This document shows positions 21,052 through 32,100 of a DNA stretch of 64,000 bases, piece after piece (position 1 is the stretch's first letter; every line of letters starts with the position of its first letter). This stretch comes from Lama guanicoe (taxonomy: Eukaryota). The notes beneath the pieces were generated by a model that made no database searches, was not told the origin of the DNA, and worked only from the letters and a program-made list of their open reading frames with translations. The position numbers and the translations under genes were made by a program. The stretch is taken from contig MU057332.1 in NCBI GenBank assembly GCA_013239625.1, positions 6,165,001-6,229,000 on the forward strand. Direction: 5' to 3'.

Positions 21052-24000
21052 ATCAGTAGATTTTTTTGTCTGACACTCCTAAACAAGATTACAAAAAAAT
21101 AGAAGCATTGTATATTAATTGCATTGGCTAATCGACAGGTCACTTGGTACACTCTTAAATTCGGCTATGTTTACCAAAAAAACCCAGTGGTTATCTGTCC
21201 TAAAAGTGTTATTCTTCTGCCACATTCCATGGAGGAAGTAAACAGTGCCTCAGTTAAATGCTTTCCTTATCTCCAAGGCAATCTGTCCAGGGTATTGCTC
21301 TGGGCATCAGGAAGGAGTGTAGCTGCTAAGTGGAAAGGTTCCGGCGGTGGCTGTCGGGTCATGACTCCGGTGGTTAAACCCCATGCTGGGCGGCAGACTC
21401 CAGCACAAGACATTCCTGGTGTGGTGAAGGGACGCAGCAGACACAGTGAAGGACCACGGCCTGGGCTTGGGCGAGGCCTCTCCTGCAGGCTGGTAATGGG
21501 GGTGGTTGGTGGGGGAGAGCAGGGGCGTTTGGCTTCTCATGTGCTCTCTAAACCCCCTGGACACCAGTCCCATGACAATAGTGTAAGAATCCAACTCTTA
21601 AGGCCCACTTTCCTGTGGGAGGAGCCACAGCCCCCAATCCAGGAGTTACTGCTGCATGACAACAAGTGTTCCAGAGAACCCAGTCCAGTCCTGGAGAAGC
21701 CAAAGCCAACCAAATGCATGACCCTCCCATGTTAGAGCACCCCTGCCCCGGGTCACCCAAGCCCGCGGCGAGGAAAGAATCCATGTATGATGCCAAGCAG
21801 GTTGAATGTCAGCATGTGGCTGTAGAGCTGGGGGGGCGGTGTCTCGGCAGGTGTCAGCGCAACTCTTCTGTACATGAAGGTTCAGGTGGGCATTATGAGC
21901 AGGCTCACAACTTGGAAGTCAACTTTTGGAGGAGTAGCAGAAGTTTTCATTTTCCCCCCCTGAACTTAAGAATGCAGAGGTTTGTGTTATGTGCTATCAT
22001 GTGCTGTACAGCAAATGGACTCAAGATTCTTAGGTTTTCTTCTGTGGAATCACGGAGAGCACGAAGGTAGTTTCCGAGTTCTAGAGTTTACCAACCTCCA
22101 CCCTCCCACCCATCTGCGAGCACGCTGTCGGGGGCACTGGGACAATGGGGTGGTGCAGGAGGGCAATGTGGCCGGTCAGAGTGCAGATCCTGAGGGCTTC
22201 GTGTTTGTCACCCTGCTATGTGAGGTCAGGGGACAAGGGTGTTTTGGAACACAGATTCAAGGAACACTGTGCAGGTCCTGGGGAGATATGGGTCCTTGGT
22301 TGGCCACCGTCCCAAATGTTTTCCAGTGGTCTTCTTTCCAATCAACTTTTCATAATGGATAACTTCATGTTTTAAGAGATGATATTAAGACAAAAGGACA
22401 CGTGATTTCCTTTTTCTTCCTTATTTCTCAGCAGGGAAAGCATTCACAAAGATGTTCTCCCACCTGAGGGCATGGTGGGCAGGGATCACAACCTTACGGG
22501 GCGTTTCCATCCACGTAGAACCAGCAACCTTGTCGGCTGCTCCTCTAAAACACTATTCCTCTATGTCCCTATGTCAATAAAACTTGGCCATATCTACATT
22601 TGTACACACACAGTGTCAAAAATACATACTCATGTGACATATATGTGTATATATTTATCTTTATATATGACAATTGAGCAGAGTTAAATAAGCAAGATCA
22701 TTCTGAATGGAAATCAGCTAACTAACCTTGGCATCTCTAAACTTTTGGACAAATGGACTCTCTCCTCTCTCAACCTTGCCCTTTGGTGGATCCACCGTGC
22801 TCACACGCTTGGGCAGTCCTCATGCGTTCATAGAACTATCTGCTCATATTACAGTACTGGAATTATTACAAATGTCCCTTTTCTATGTGTCTAATTTAAA
22901 AGTGCTCGTTAAGATTAAAAACCATGTTATGCGTTTACTTCTCTGAAAACTAAATTATTTAGAGAGTAAGCTAGGGAGTGTGAGGGCTGGCATCTGGATA
23001 AAACCTTCTTTAAAATAAACATTTTCCTTTAAATCTGCAGTTCCGACCCTGATGTCACAGGTGACACCAGGAAAAAAAAAACGTGCTTTTTGGAAGACTT
23101 AGGTGGGACTGTCCACATTTCATTCATTTTTGGTGCCGGCAGGACCCCATACCACATGGCTATCACTATTTCGAGTCTCTCTTATTGCATAAATAATGGA
23201 GAAAGGCACCTGCATCCTCCAGCTGGAGCCCACGTAGTTGGGACCGTGACCTCCACTGGACATACGCATTTGAGCAAGTGGTCCAGGGAGGTTTACAGGG
23301 AGTGTTCTCACTCAGGCGCTGATGTACAGGTAGGTGCCCAAATCCTGCCTTGTGAGGCATTCATGGTACGAACCACACAACCTGTTGAAGATAAGGCTTT
23401 ATACCAAAGATTCCATCTTGTTTCTGTATAAAGGCCTTTATCTTTTGTACAGAGACTGTATTAAAAAAAAAGTGCACATAATAAAAATGCCTATTTTTTT
23501 ATAAAAATAGTGTTTAATGCTAGTAGAATGACCTCTTCTACCTGAGAGCCAGCGCGGGCTGGTTCCTTATCCCACTGGTGTCCATAGGGCCAGGACACTG
23601 CACACACCAAGCCATGTTTTTGCTGAATTTAAATCCTGCCATGGACCAAGGAGCCTTGGGGACATGTAACCCACTAACTGACGACTGGGGAGAACGACCT
23701 CTTTTCTTACTCTAGTTTAAGTATGATAGACTTTGCTACAAATTATTGGATAGATCAGGGAAGCTAATCTTCTGATTTCAACGTGACTTGAAATGAATAC
23801 TAGAAGTCTTGCAAGGGGTTAATAAAGGTTGTGAGTCCCAAATTCCTAACCAAACAGAACTTTGCTGGGAAGGCCCCAGGGGTGGGGGAGCCCTGGCGGG
23901 AGTCAGCCAGTGGGTGCTGGGACGGATGCCCTGGGCGACCTGGCTGCCTGCGTTGCAGGCCTGCAGAATGGACGGGGACACACAGACATGGGGCCGCCTC

Positions 24001-24371
24001 CTCTCAGAGCGGGAGCAGCAGGCTTCTCTTTGGTAGACAGTTTGGAGAGAACAGAAAGCCTCTCTGCTGCTTTTTTTCAAGCAGGAAATAAAATAAATCG
24101 GCTCCCCTTTGCTGCCTCCTGGCGCTCTCTGGGGGACAGACAGCCAGGTTCGTGACGATGAACAGTCCAGGGAAGCCCAGCAGAGCCCCGGCTCACTTCC
24201 CGTGGCTCCTGGGGTTCCACGTCTGCTTCTCCCGGCTTCTGAGCACTCTTGGGATGATTTCCCTTTCTTCTCAACCCTTCAATCTCCTAAACCACCCCCT
24301 CCCCCCCATATTTTACTAGAAACTCGGAATTTTAGAGGTGAAGGACTTCATCTGGTGTCCAGCGCCTGCTC

Positions 24372-24480
24372 TCCGCATTCTACAGATGGGAAGATGAGGC
24401 CCAGAGAGGGCAGCGCCTTGCCCAGGGCCGCTCAGTGGTTCGGCGGCAGCGTGGGACTCAGGCCCTGGCCCCCGGATTCC
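24372..24480 (-). mobile_element. MIR remnant immediately 3' of the EHD4 stop codon
   Basis: cattctacagatgggaagatgaggcccagagagggc...cttgcccagggcc aligns by eye to the reverse complement of the MIR core (cattttacagatgaggaaactgaggctcagagagg...cttgcccaaggtc). Confidence 0.6.
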
Positions 24481-24516
24481 CACCCCGCGCCGCCTGCCCC
24501 GCACACGGCCTGCCCC

Positions 24517-25053
24517 TCAGTCGGCCTTCGACAAGGACTTCCGGTGGGAGGGGGGCACGAGGTGGGGGGGCAGGCTGTTGGGTAGCTCGTAGCCGTCGAG
24601 CTTGATCTTGATGAGGTGCTTGGCCAGCGCGAACTCCTCCTCGTCCAGCATGCCGTCGCAATCGCAGTCAGCCAGCTTCCAGATCTTGCCCAGCACGCTG
24701 TTGGGCAGCTTGGAGGTCACCATCTCCTTCTTGGCGTTGACGCCCGATATCTTGCCGTTGACAGGAGACAGGGTGTAGAAGAGCTCATCGTAGACGGGCT
24801 TGTNNNNNNNNNNNNNNNNNNNNNNNNNNNNNNNNNNNNNNNNNNNNNNNNNNNNNNNNNNNNNNNNNNNNNNNNNNNNNNNNNNNNNNNNNNNNNNNNN
24901 NNNNNNNNNNNNNNNNNNNNNNNNNNNNNNNNNNNCCTGGCTGATGAGGCTCATCAGGGACGAGATCTTGCTGCTCAGCATGTTGTCCACGGCCTCAATC
25001 AGCTTGGGCTTCAGCGAGTGGAATTTGGTGAAGTCATAGTTCTCAAGCTGTTC
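24517..25053 (-). CDS. EHD4: EHD4 last coding exon (end of helical domain + EH domain), partly N-masked
   Basis: ttccag|GAA CAG CTT GAG AAC; EQLENYDFTKFHSLKPKL...KPVYDELFYTLSP...LGKIWKLADCDCDGMLDEEEFALA...SHRKSLSKAD*; 537 nt including 132 N. Confidence 0.96.
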   Translation of the reverse strand, partial: EQLENYDFTKFHSLKPKLIEAVDNMLSSKISSLMSLISQXXXXXXXXXXXXXXXXXXXXXXXXXXXXXXXXXXXXXXXXXXXXXKPVYDELFYTLSPVNGKISGVNAKKEMVTSKLPNSVLGKIWKLADCDCDGMLDEEEFALAKHLIKIKLDGYELPNSLPPHLVPPSHRKSLSKAD

Positions 25054-28000
25054 CTGGAAAAGGAGAAACCACAGGCTTGGTTAACGCCCTCCCTGTGGGA
25101 AGCAAATGGGGAGATGGATGGCCAAAGGAGACGAATGCTCCCTGAAAGCAGGCAGCGCATACCTGGAACTTTCTGTTTGGTGAGGTTCTCACATCTGAAC
25201 TTGCCAGACACGGGAGTGGAATTTTAAAGCTGGGCCCTTCATCTTTACCCGGCAGGGCAAACAGACGATGCTGTTATTCAGAAGTGGAGCCCTGAGCCTT
25301 TGGATGGTACAGGGGACAGAGCTGAAAGCTAAGCAGCCTGACATATCTCTGAAGAGGTGCCTCCAACAATCTTCTCAGTAGCAAACTCTATGGCCGTCAA
25401 AGCAGGCTGGGCTGGGCTGACACCCGCTGGGCAGCCTGTGCTCAGTACGGAGCGGTGGGGTAGTTACTGCAGGCTTGGCTGCTAAAGCGCATTCCAGTTT
25501 GTGTGTCCTTCATCCTCACTGATGGCCCGCAGTCACCTGCATGTCACCCCAACATCAGCACCAAACAGTGCTGCCAACACTTCGGGCGCCTGCTGCCGGC
25601 ATCTCAGTTAGCCAAGGGAACTGAGAAGAGAAAGCCTGGGAGGAGGAGAGCAGGCAGCCTACACAAAAATCCGAGTGCTGCTGGGGTAAACAAGTCTAGA
25701 TTCCCTTGGGTGCACGAACACCTACCCTATTTCCTCATGAATGAGCCTGAGCTCTGGGTACACACAGAGCCCCTGTGTCTGGTCAAGTGGACAAATGAAG
25801 GCGGTGCCCGCCCAAACTTTCTACCCGCCTGCAGGGGACATGGATTCAGACTGCAAACCTCTGGAAAACCGGCCAGGGGAAATGGCCACATATTTGCAGG
25901 GGTGGACAGGAAGCAGCAGCAGGAGCCATTCCCACCCTGAAGGGCACAGAGGAAATAAACTCTGCACTCATATCCCTGCGGTATCCGCCTCCTCAGCCCT
26001 GACCAGGGATGCGTGTGTAGGGGAGTCGGGACCAAGTTAAACCATGCCATCCCTGCCCTCCACCAGGGTGGCTCAGGGACTTTTTACTGGATTTCTGCAC
26101 ACTGCAGAACTGAAAGATTTACCCATCAACAATTGTATCCATTAAAGCCACCAAGCCCAGGATCCTGGAACTGCTCCCTCCCAAGAGACAAAAGTCAGTC
26201 CCAGCCCAGCCTCTGCTGGGGTCTCCCTTGCCCGCTCACTTCCAACGTGTACCAGAAGAGCAGTTTTTGAATCCATTGGGAGGGTCCAAGCAGATGGGGA
26301 TGGCTCTGCTGCCCTCTGTTGTTGAAACACTGCCAACTCATTGGCTGTAGGGGCCCAATTCTCCAAGGATAACTGAGTCAGCAATAAAGGTGGCTTTGCT
26401 AGTGCTCCCCTCATTCTGCAGTATGGACACGTCAGTGCAGCAAATCAGATTCCCTCCCCAAAGGCTGTAGGGTAGACACAGGCAGATGCACCAGTAGGTC
26501 ATGGGCCTCCCCCAGCACTGGGCAAAAGCCTGCAAAATACAGTCAGCTCTTTGCTACAGCAAAGAGTCATCCTGTCCAGCTTGGTCCGTGAGAGCACACG
26601 GAGAACAGAGAATTAAAGCTGGCTGCTGCATGATCCTGAGATGTGCAAAGATCATAATTAAGTCAGTTCCTAGCTTCTGCCCATGCCGCTGTCCCAGACG
26701 CAGTCCATGAGAGGTTGAATGCCTGTATTGGGGAGGATGTCAGATGCTCAGTAGACTCAGGGATGACAGAGGTCTCGACCCACAGTGGGAAGCCCCAAAG
26801 CTTCCTGGGTGACTAGCCCGAAGTATCAGGCAACAGTAAGCATGCCTTTGGGACTCCAGGCCTGCCTTGTTCCCTGGAGATTCCCTGAAAGGACTGGTGT
26901 GGTGGGATCAAGACCCGGCCACCTTCCCGAGGAATAATCCTTATCCAGCTTCTAGGAGTTTGCTCTGGAAACCGCTTATCTATAAGCCCGGTGGGAGTCA
27001 GAGCCGGGTTAGGGTCTGAGAAACTCACTACCCTAGAGCCTGCTAGGATATAAACCGACGCTAACTTATTAACTCATTCAACATGTATTCATCGAGCGCC
27101 TGCCACACTCCAGGAGCTGGGGATATAGCTGGGAACGGGACATGGTCACTGGCTTCTTGGAATTACAGCCTGATATGGGAGAGACACACCGAATAAATTC
27201 ATTACACTGAAGCACAACAGCACTTACGTCATAACAAGGAGCACATGTCCCAACAAGGGACTTTGCTGCCAAATTTTCTCTGCTGGTCACAGTCATAGCA
27301 GCCAAGACTGTAACTCAGAATGGACTTCTGTAAGGGCAAGGAATTTTATTTTTGCTGTTTGTTCATGGGTTTATTCCAGGGACTGAAAATAGTGCCTGCC
27401 AATAGCAGACTTAATTAGTATTCTTAGGTGAATGAATACATGAACACAGGTGAATGGAGTGTCTGTCAGGTGTGACTCCTGCTCCTGGAAGTCCCAGGGC
27501 TCACAGGTGTCCACTATAGGTTCAAAGGCACTTGGTGTGGCCCTGACCACAGGGCTCTCAGTGAAGGTTCGGGCTCTTCGGTATCGTCCAGCTATATGGG
27601 CCATGGCCGCTCCCAAGACCCAAGGTGAGGGACTGCCCCACTGGACAGCTCTGAGGGGCCTGAATGCCCTCAGACTGCCCAGGCCCAGGCTAGCGTGGTC
27701 AGGAGCAGCTCTGCCTAGAGTTTTTTCCCTTCATACAGGAGCTCCCTGAGGACGGGCAGGGGCGGCCTCTCAGGGAGGCTCCAGGTCTGGGGAGCAGCAT
27801 CTTGTGGGTGGGGCATCACGGGAGCCTCAGGAGGCCAGCGAGCCACAGACGCCCCATTAGGCATTGTGTGCTCTGTGTACTTACTCATAGCTTTCATTTC
27901 AGTCAAGAAAACAATTTCCCTACGAAAACATCTGAAGGCTACAAGGAAACAGTTGTCTTTCTGGTTGATCATGGGGTGCAGGGCATAACCCAAGGGTGTG

Positions 28001-28955
28001 AAAGCAGAACCTGCCTGGGAAGAGGCCCCAGAAGCTGGCAAATTAGCCACCCTGTGACCAGAAGAAAGCCCAATTCATCCTCTGAGTATAGGAGTACCAA
28101 CCTCACTTCTAAAAAAAAGATGTTTCTATGTATATTTTTTAAGGTGACTACATCACATTTGACCAGAACACATACACCAGAAGTATTCACCTGGAACCCA
28201 GGCATCACAACGTAAGTGTAACCCACTCCTATTTCAGTGTGTACTGTACATGAAGTTTACATTAAGAAACCCCTCAGGACTGACGCGTCCTCTCCTGTGG
28301 CCTGCTGGTCTTGCCTCCACTGTTTACCTTTCCTCCTCCAGGTGGTCACGCTGGTCAGGTCAGGGTGGCAGGACCCACTCGGGCTCAGCTGGGGCTGCCC
28401 AGACACAACTCAGGGAGACTCTGAAATTAGGTCAAAGGCTGCCCAGTGTTGACCTTTAAGCAGGTCTTCAGTGGGCGCAGCTCGCTGTGTCTAGGGAACT
28501 CCAGCCATGTCCACAGACCACCATGGCCCCTGACTGGGCCCCTGAGCCTGTGACAGCAACCCTGCCTGAGCACATAATCCCACAGCGCCGGGGAGGGCCA
28601 GCTTGAGGAGGCCACCTGAGGTGACCTCCAAGGTCACTCTCAGCTCTAATTCCCTTAAGGTTCTGGGATTCCAAAAACAGGTCTCACTTCAAGGTCAAAA
28701 CGACCCTGAACACAGCCTAGGGGGCTGTGCGTGTGATTTTTTTTTTCAGGTGAGCCTCATTTACTTCTTGAAATGTCTCCCTATTGTTTACATGTATAGG
28801 GAGGCGAGCAATTTCTGCTTTGTCATTAGGAGCCTGTTATCATGGATTACTAGAGAGAGAAATCCACCGTGTTCTCCTCCATTCTAAACCATGAAACCCT
28901 CACTGGTCCCCAGTAATCAGCCGGACAAAGTCGCAGTGCCCCTCTATCCCTGCAC

Positions 28956-29120
28956 CTGCATTGCCTTGACCTCGGGGAAGTCCCCTGCAGAAATCTGGTA
29001 TTCTCGCTGCAGCTGAATGTAGATTTCTGGCAACCTGCTGATAAGCTCTCTCTTCTTGTTCTCCTTTCCAAACACACTCGGCATCTCCTTCTTCAGATGG
29101 CTGATGATGTAGGCGTGCAC
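28956..29120 (-). CDS. EHD4: EHD4 penultimate coding exon
   Basis: ctccag|GTG CAC GCC ... ATG CAG|gtgcag; 165 nt; VHAYIISHLKKEMPSVFGKENKKRELISRLPEIYIQLQREYQISAGDFPEVKAMQ (hand-translated). Confidence 0.96.
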
Positions 29121-32100
29121 CTGGAGGGGTGTATATCAGTGAGGACAAGCCATTCAGAACTGCACCAGAGAGGGACAAACACAACGGCATCTTCCACGCA
29201 TCACAACACACAACAGGTTCCCCAACAGTGCCATGGTCCTTGGGACAGGAGGAGGGGCAAGGATCTGGGGAAAAGGCAATGAGGGGGTCTGAGTCGGAAA
29301 GATCTTGGCTCTGGTGATTAACCTAAGAAGACCTAAGAGGAAGTTTCACCAGGACCAGTGCATGGAAGTATCAGGAAATGAAACTGGAAGTCAATCTGCA
29401 TGGAAATCTGTGCCCAGTGACCAATGAGATGAGAATTCCCATAACTAAACTCCCCGCGGACAGTGTAGACCCGAGATCACTGAAGTCATTTCTGCACAAG
29501 ACCAGCTGCCTAGGACCAGGCTGGATGGCAGAAGCTCCCTGTGGGAGAGGGAACCACAGTACACGAGGAGGAAGCTCCAGAAACCCTGGTCACCTAGGGG
29601 TAGCAGGCCTGGCACTGTTACCCAAAGCGGGTGAATCCTGCTGCTAGGGCTCTGCTTGGACTGCGTCATCCCTTCCTTAACATTTCTACCCTTCTTCTGA
29701 TCTCCAACTTTAGGATGTTAAGAAATGTTCATTACAAAACTTCTCTTTGTATATCTAGAATTCTACAGAGTAATTTCCAAGTCAAGAAAATAAGTAAAAT
29801 AAGAAAAGATGAAAAACAGGGCAGTGATTACAAAAAGAAAATGAGTATGTAGCTATGGAAAATCCTATTAGAGAAAACAGACATCTACTGTACTCTTGTG
29901 GAAGAATGGCAATTGAATAAAGGGGGTGAGCAGATACATCCCACGGCTCAGCTGAGGGCCTCTGTGTAGGGATATACACTGGGCACAGCCAAAAACATTT
30001 TGCTAAGATTTGAACACTAAAATAAGCACATAATGCAAATGCTGACATGCTCGGACCAGACAATGCTAACTTCTCCATCTATATAAAGGTCATTTTAACA
30101 TAAGCACACATTGTGCTGCCTGGCTGCTGTGACAAGTGTAGACTGGGAGAGATGCTTCTAAACCTTTCTGTCACTAGTAAACTTGTTTATTTACTTGTTT
30201 TTCAAGTTAAAACAATCAAAAATATTTACACGATTTTAAAAGATAACTAGAGAAATCCAAGGTTTGGGAATCCTTTATTTAGAATGACGGGCTTTAACTG
30301 CATTCTTGAGGATATGATGAAAAAGTGGTAAAATTAGTGAGACTAGTAACTTCCTCGCCTTGAATAGTGAATGCCTGGCTTCGTCTGGATGGAGCTGGGG
30401 AGGGTTCTGTGCAGCACCAAAGGACTTGGAGGGGCCGCCATACTCAGTTGGGGTGACCCAGCTGCTCACCAGCTGTCCTTGTGTCATTTCCTTGGCCTCG
30501 GCCCTCCTGGAACCTTAGGACTGGGCCTGTGGACACCTCTCTGTTCTATGCTCAGGCCTGCCCTGCTCTGGAGCCAGCCCCACTCAAAGCAGGAAGTCCC
30601 ACCACCCGCTCAGTCTCCCAACCACAAGGGCTTCTTTCCAAGACCCCTTCCCAGAGCTCAGGCCTGGGGCAGCTGCCAGGCCCCTGCAGCCCTCCCTGAG
30701 CCCCCTCACCGCCTATTAGTGTGGCTCTCAGAGCTGCCAGGCCCCTGCTCCAGGAAGGCTGACTCCCTACCCAGCCCCTGGCTCCCCTGGGACTGGCATC
30801 CTGTTCTTGAACACTGCCTGGTACCCAGAGGCCTGTAGGTCACGTGCACCTGCCACAGTTCTCCTCCCACCACCTGGCAACTGCTCCCTTATCCCGCCCT
30901 CAGGGGTTCACTGCTGATGACCTAGGCTGCTGGATAATGGGCCACCCTTGGATGCCAGGCCTCCGGTGCCCTGACATAACTGGGGCGGTTTCTGTGCCAG
31001 GCCTCAGCTCCCTCCTCCTCCTCCTTCTTGCCTGGCAAGCTACCTGAGTCATAACCCTCAGGTGACCCGACCAACCAGCTCATGCTGCAAGCTGCTGTCA
31101 GCCTCCACCACCACTTCCAGGAAGCTCTACCGGCCTGTTTTGTGGAGTCTCCTGCTGTGCTGTCACTGCACGGCCACCCCCTCCTGTCCTTCCCTGGGCA
31201 TGCTAAGATGATAACTCAGGGTCAGATTCTATGCATGGGCCCTGCTTTTAAGAAGTTTATTGAGCTACAAGATACATTATAATCCTTAGAATCATAGAGT
31301 ATTAAATCTGGAAGGGGCCCCTATACCTGACTGAACTCCTGGTTCCAGGAAATTTGTATGACTTACCCAAGGTCATGCAACTAGTTAGGTGATGCTGAGC
31401 TGGCACCAGCATTCAACTGCCTCATTCCCTACCTTATAGAATTAAACTGCTGCTGTGGATATAAATTAAAAATCTTACTGAAGCTGCTGAAGTCTGAAAT
31501 TCAAAATGAACAACTTTGAGGTTTGGCTTCTGATCACTCCTAACCCACAGGGTCGCTTTGGGAAGGTTGTTGCCTCTCCCTGCCCCTCCCCATACACAAA
31601 AAATGGATACGTTATGGCATGTAACCCTGTGAACACCACACAGAATGTGGGTAAAGACTACACTCTTCTAGCAAGTTGGCACCTGTGATCTTTTCAGGAC
31701 TCTTGGTAAACAGGGCCTGAAATCCCCAAACCTCAGAAGTGATCTCAAAAGCTCACTTCTGCCCTACTGGGTCAAAGGTATGTCTCCAAATAAACACAGG
31801 ACCCAGGACCAGACCCGGCAATGGTCCCGTGGAAGGAGGTAGGAACAGCCTGAATGTCTGTTCTTTACAATGAGAGAGGAAGAGGAATGGAAGGGAGAGG
31901 ACAGGTAGAAAGAGGAGGTGGGCAGGGCCCGACCCAGTTGGAAGGCGGGGTCGGGCCCTGCCACTGCTGCCCACTCGCTGGCTGAGCAACTCGGGGCCAG
32001 CCATCTCCTCCCAGCCTCGCTCATCCGCAAACTGGAGATTACAAACCTTACCTTATAGGGTTGTTTTGAGAATTGAGAGAGAGCATGTACTTGAATGCAT

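Larger units (their letters stand above)
21025..24516 (-). other. EHD4: EHD4 3' UTR (~3.5 kb, distal end inferred)
   Basis: Follows the TGA at 24519-24517; inferred to end shortly after AATAAA (plus-strand tttatt 21046-21051). Confidence 0.6.
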
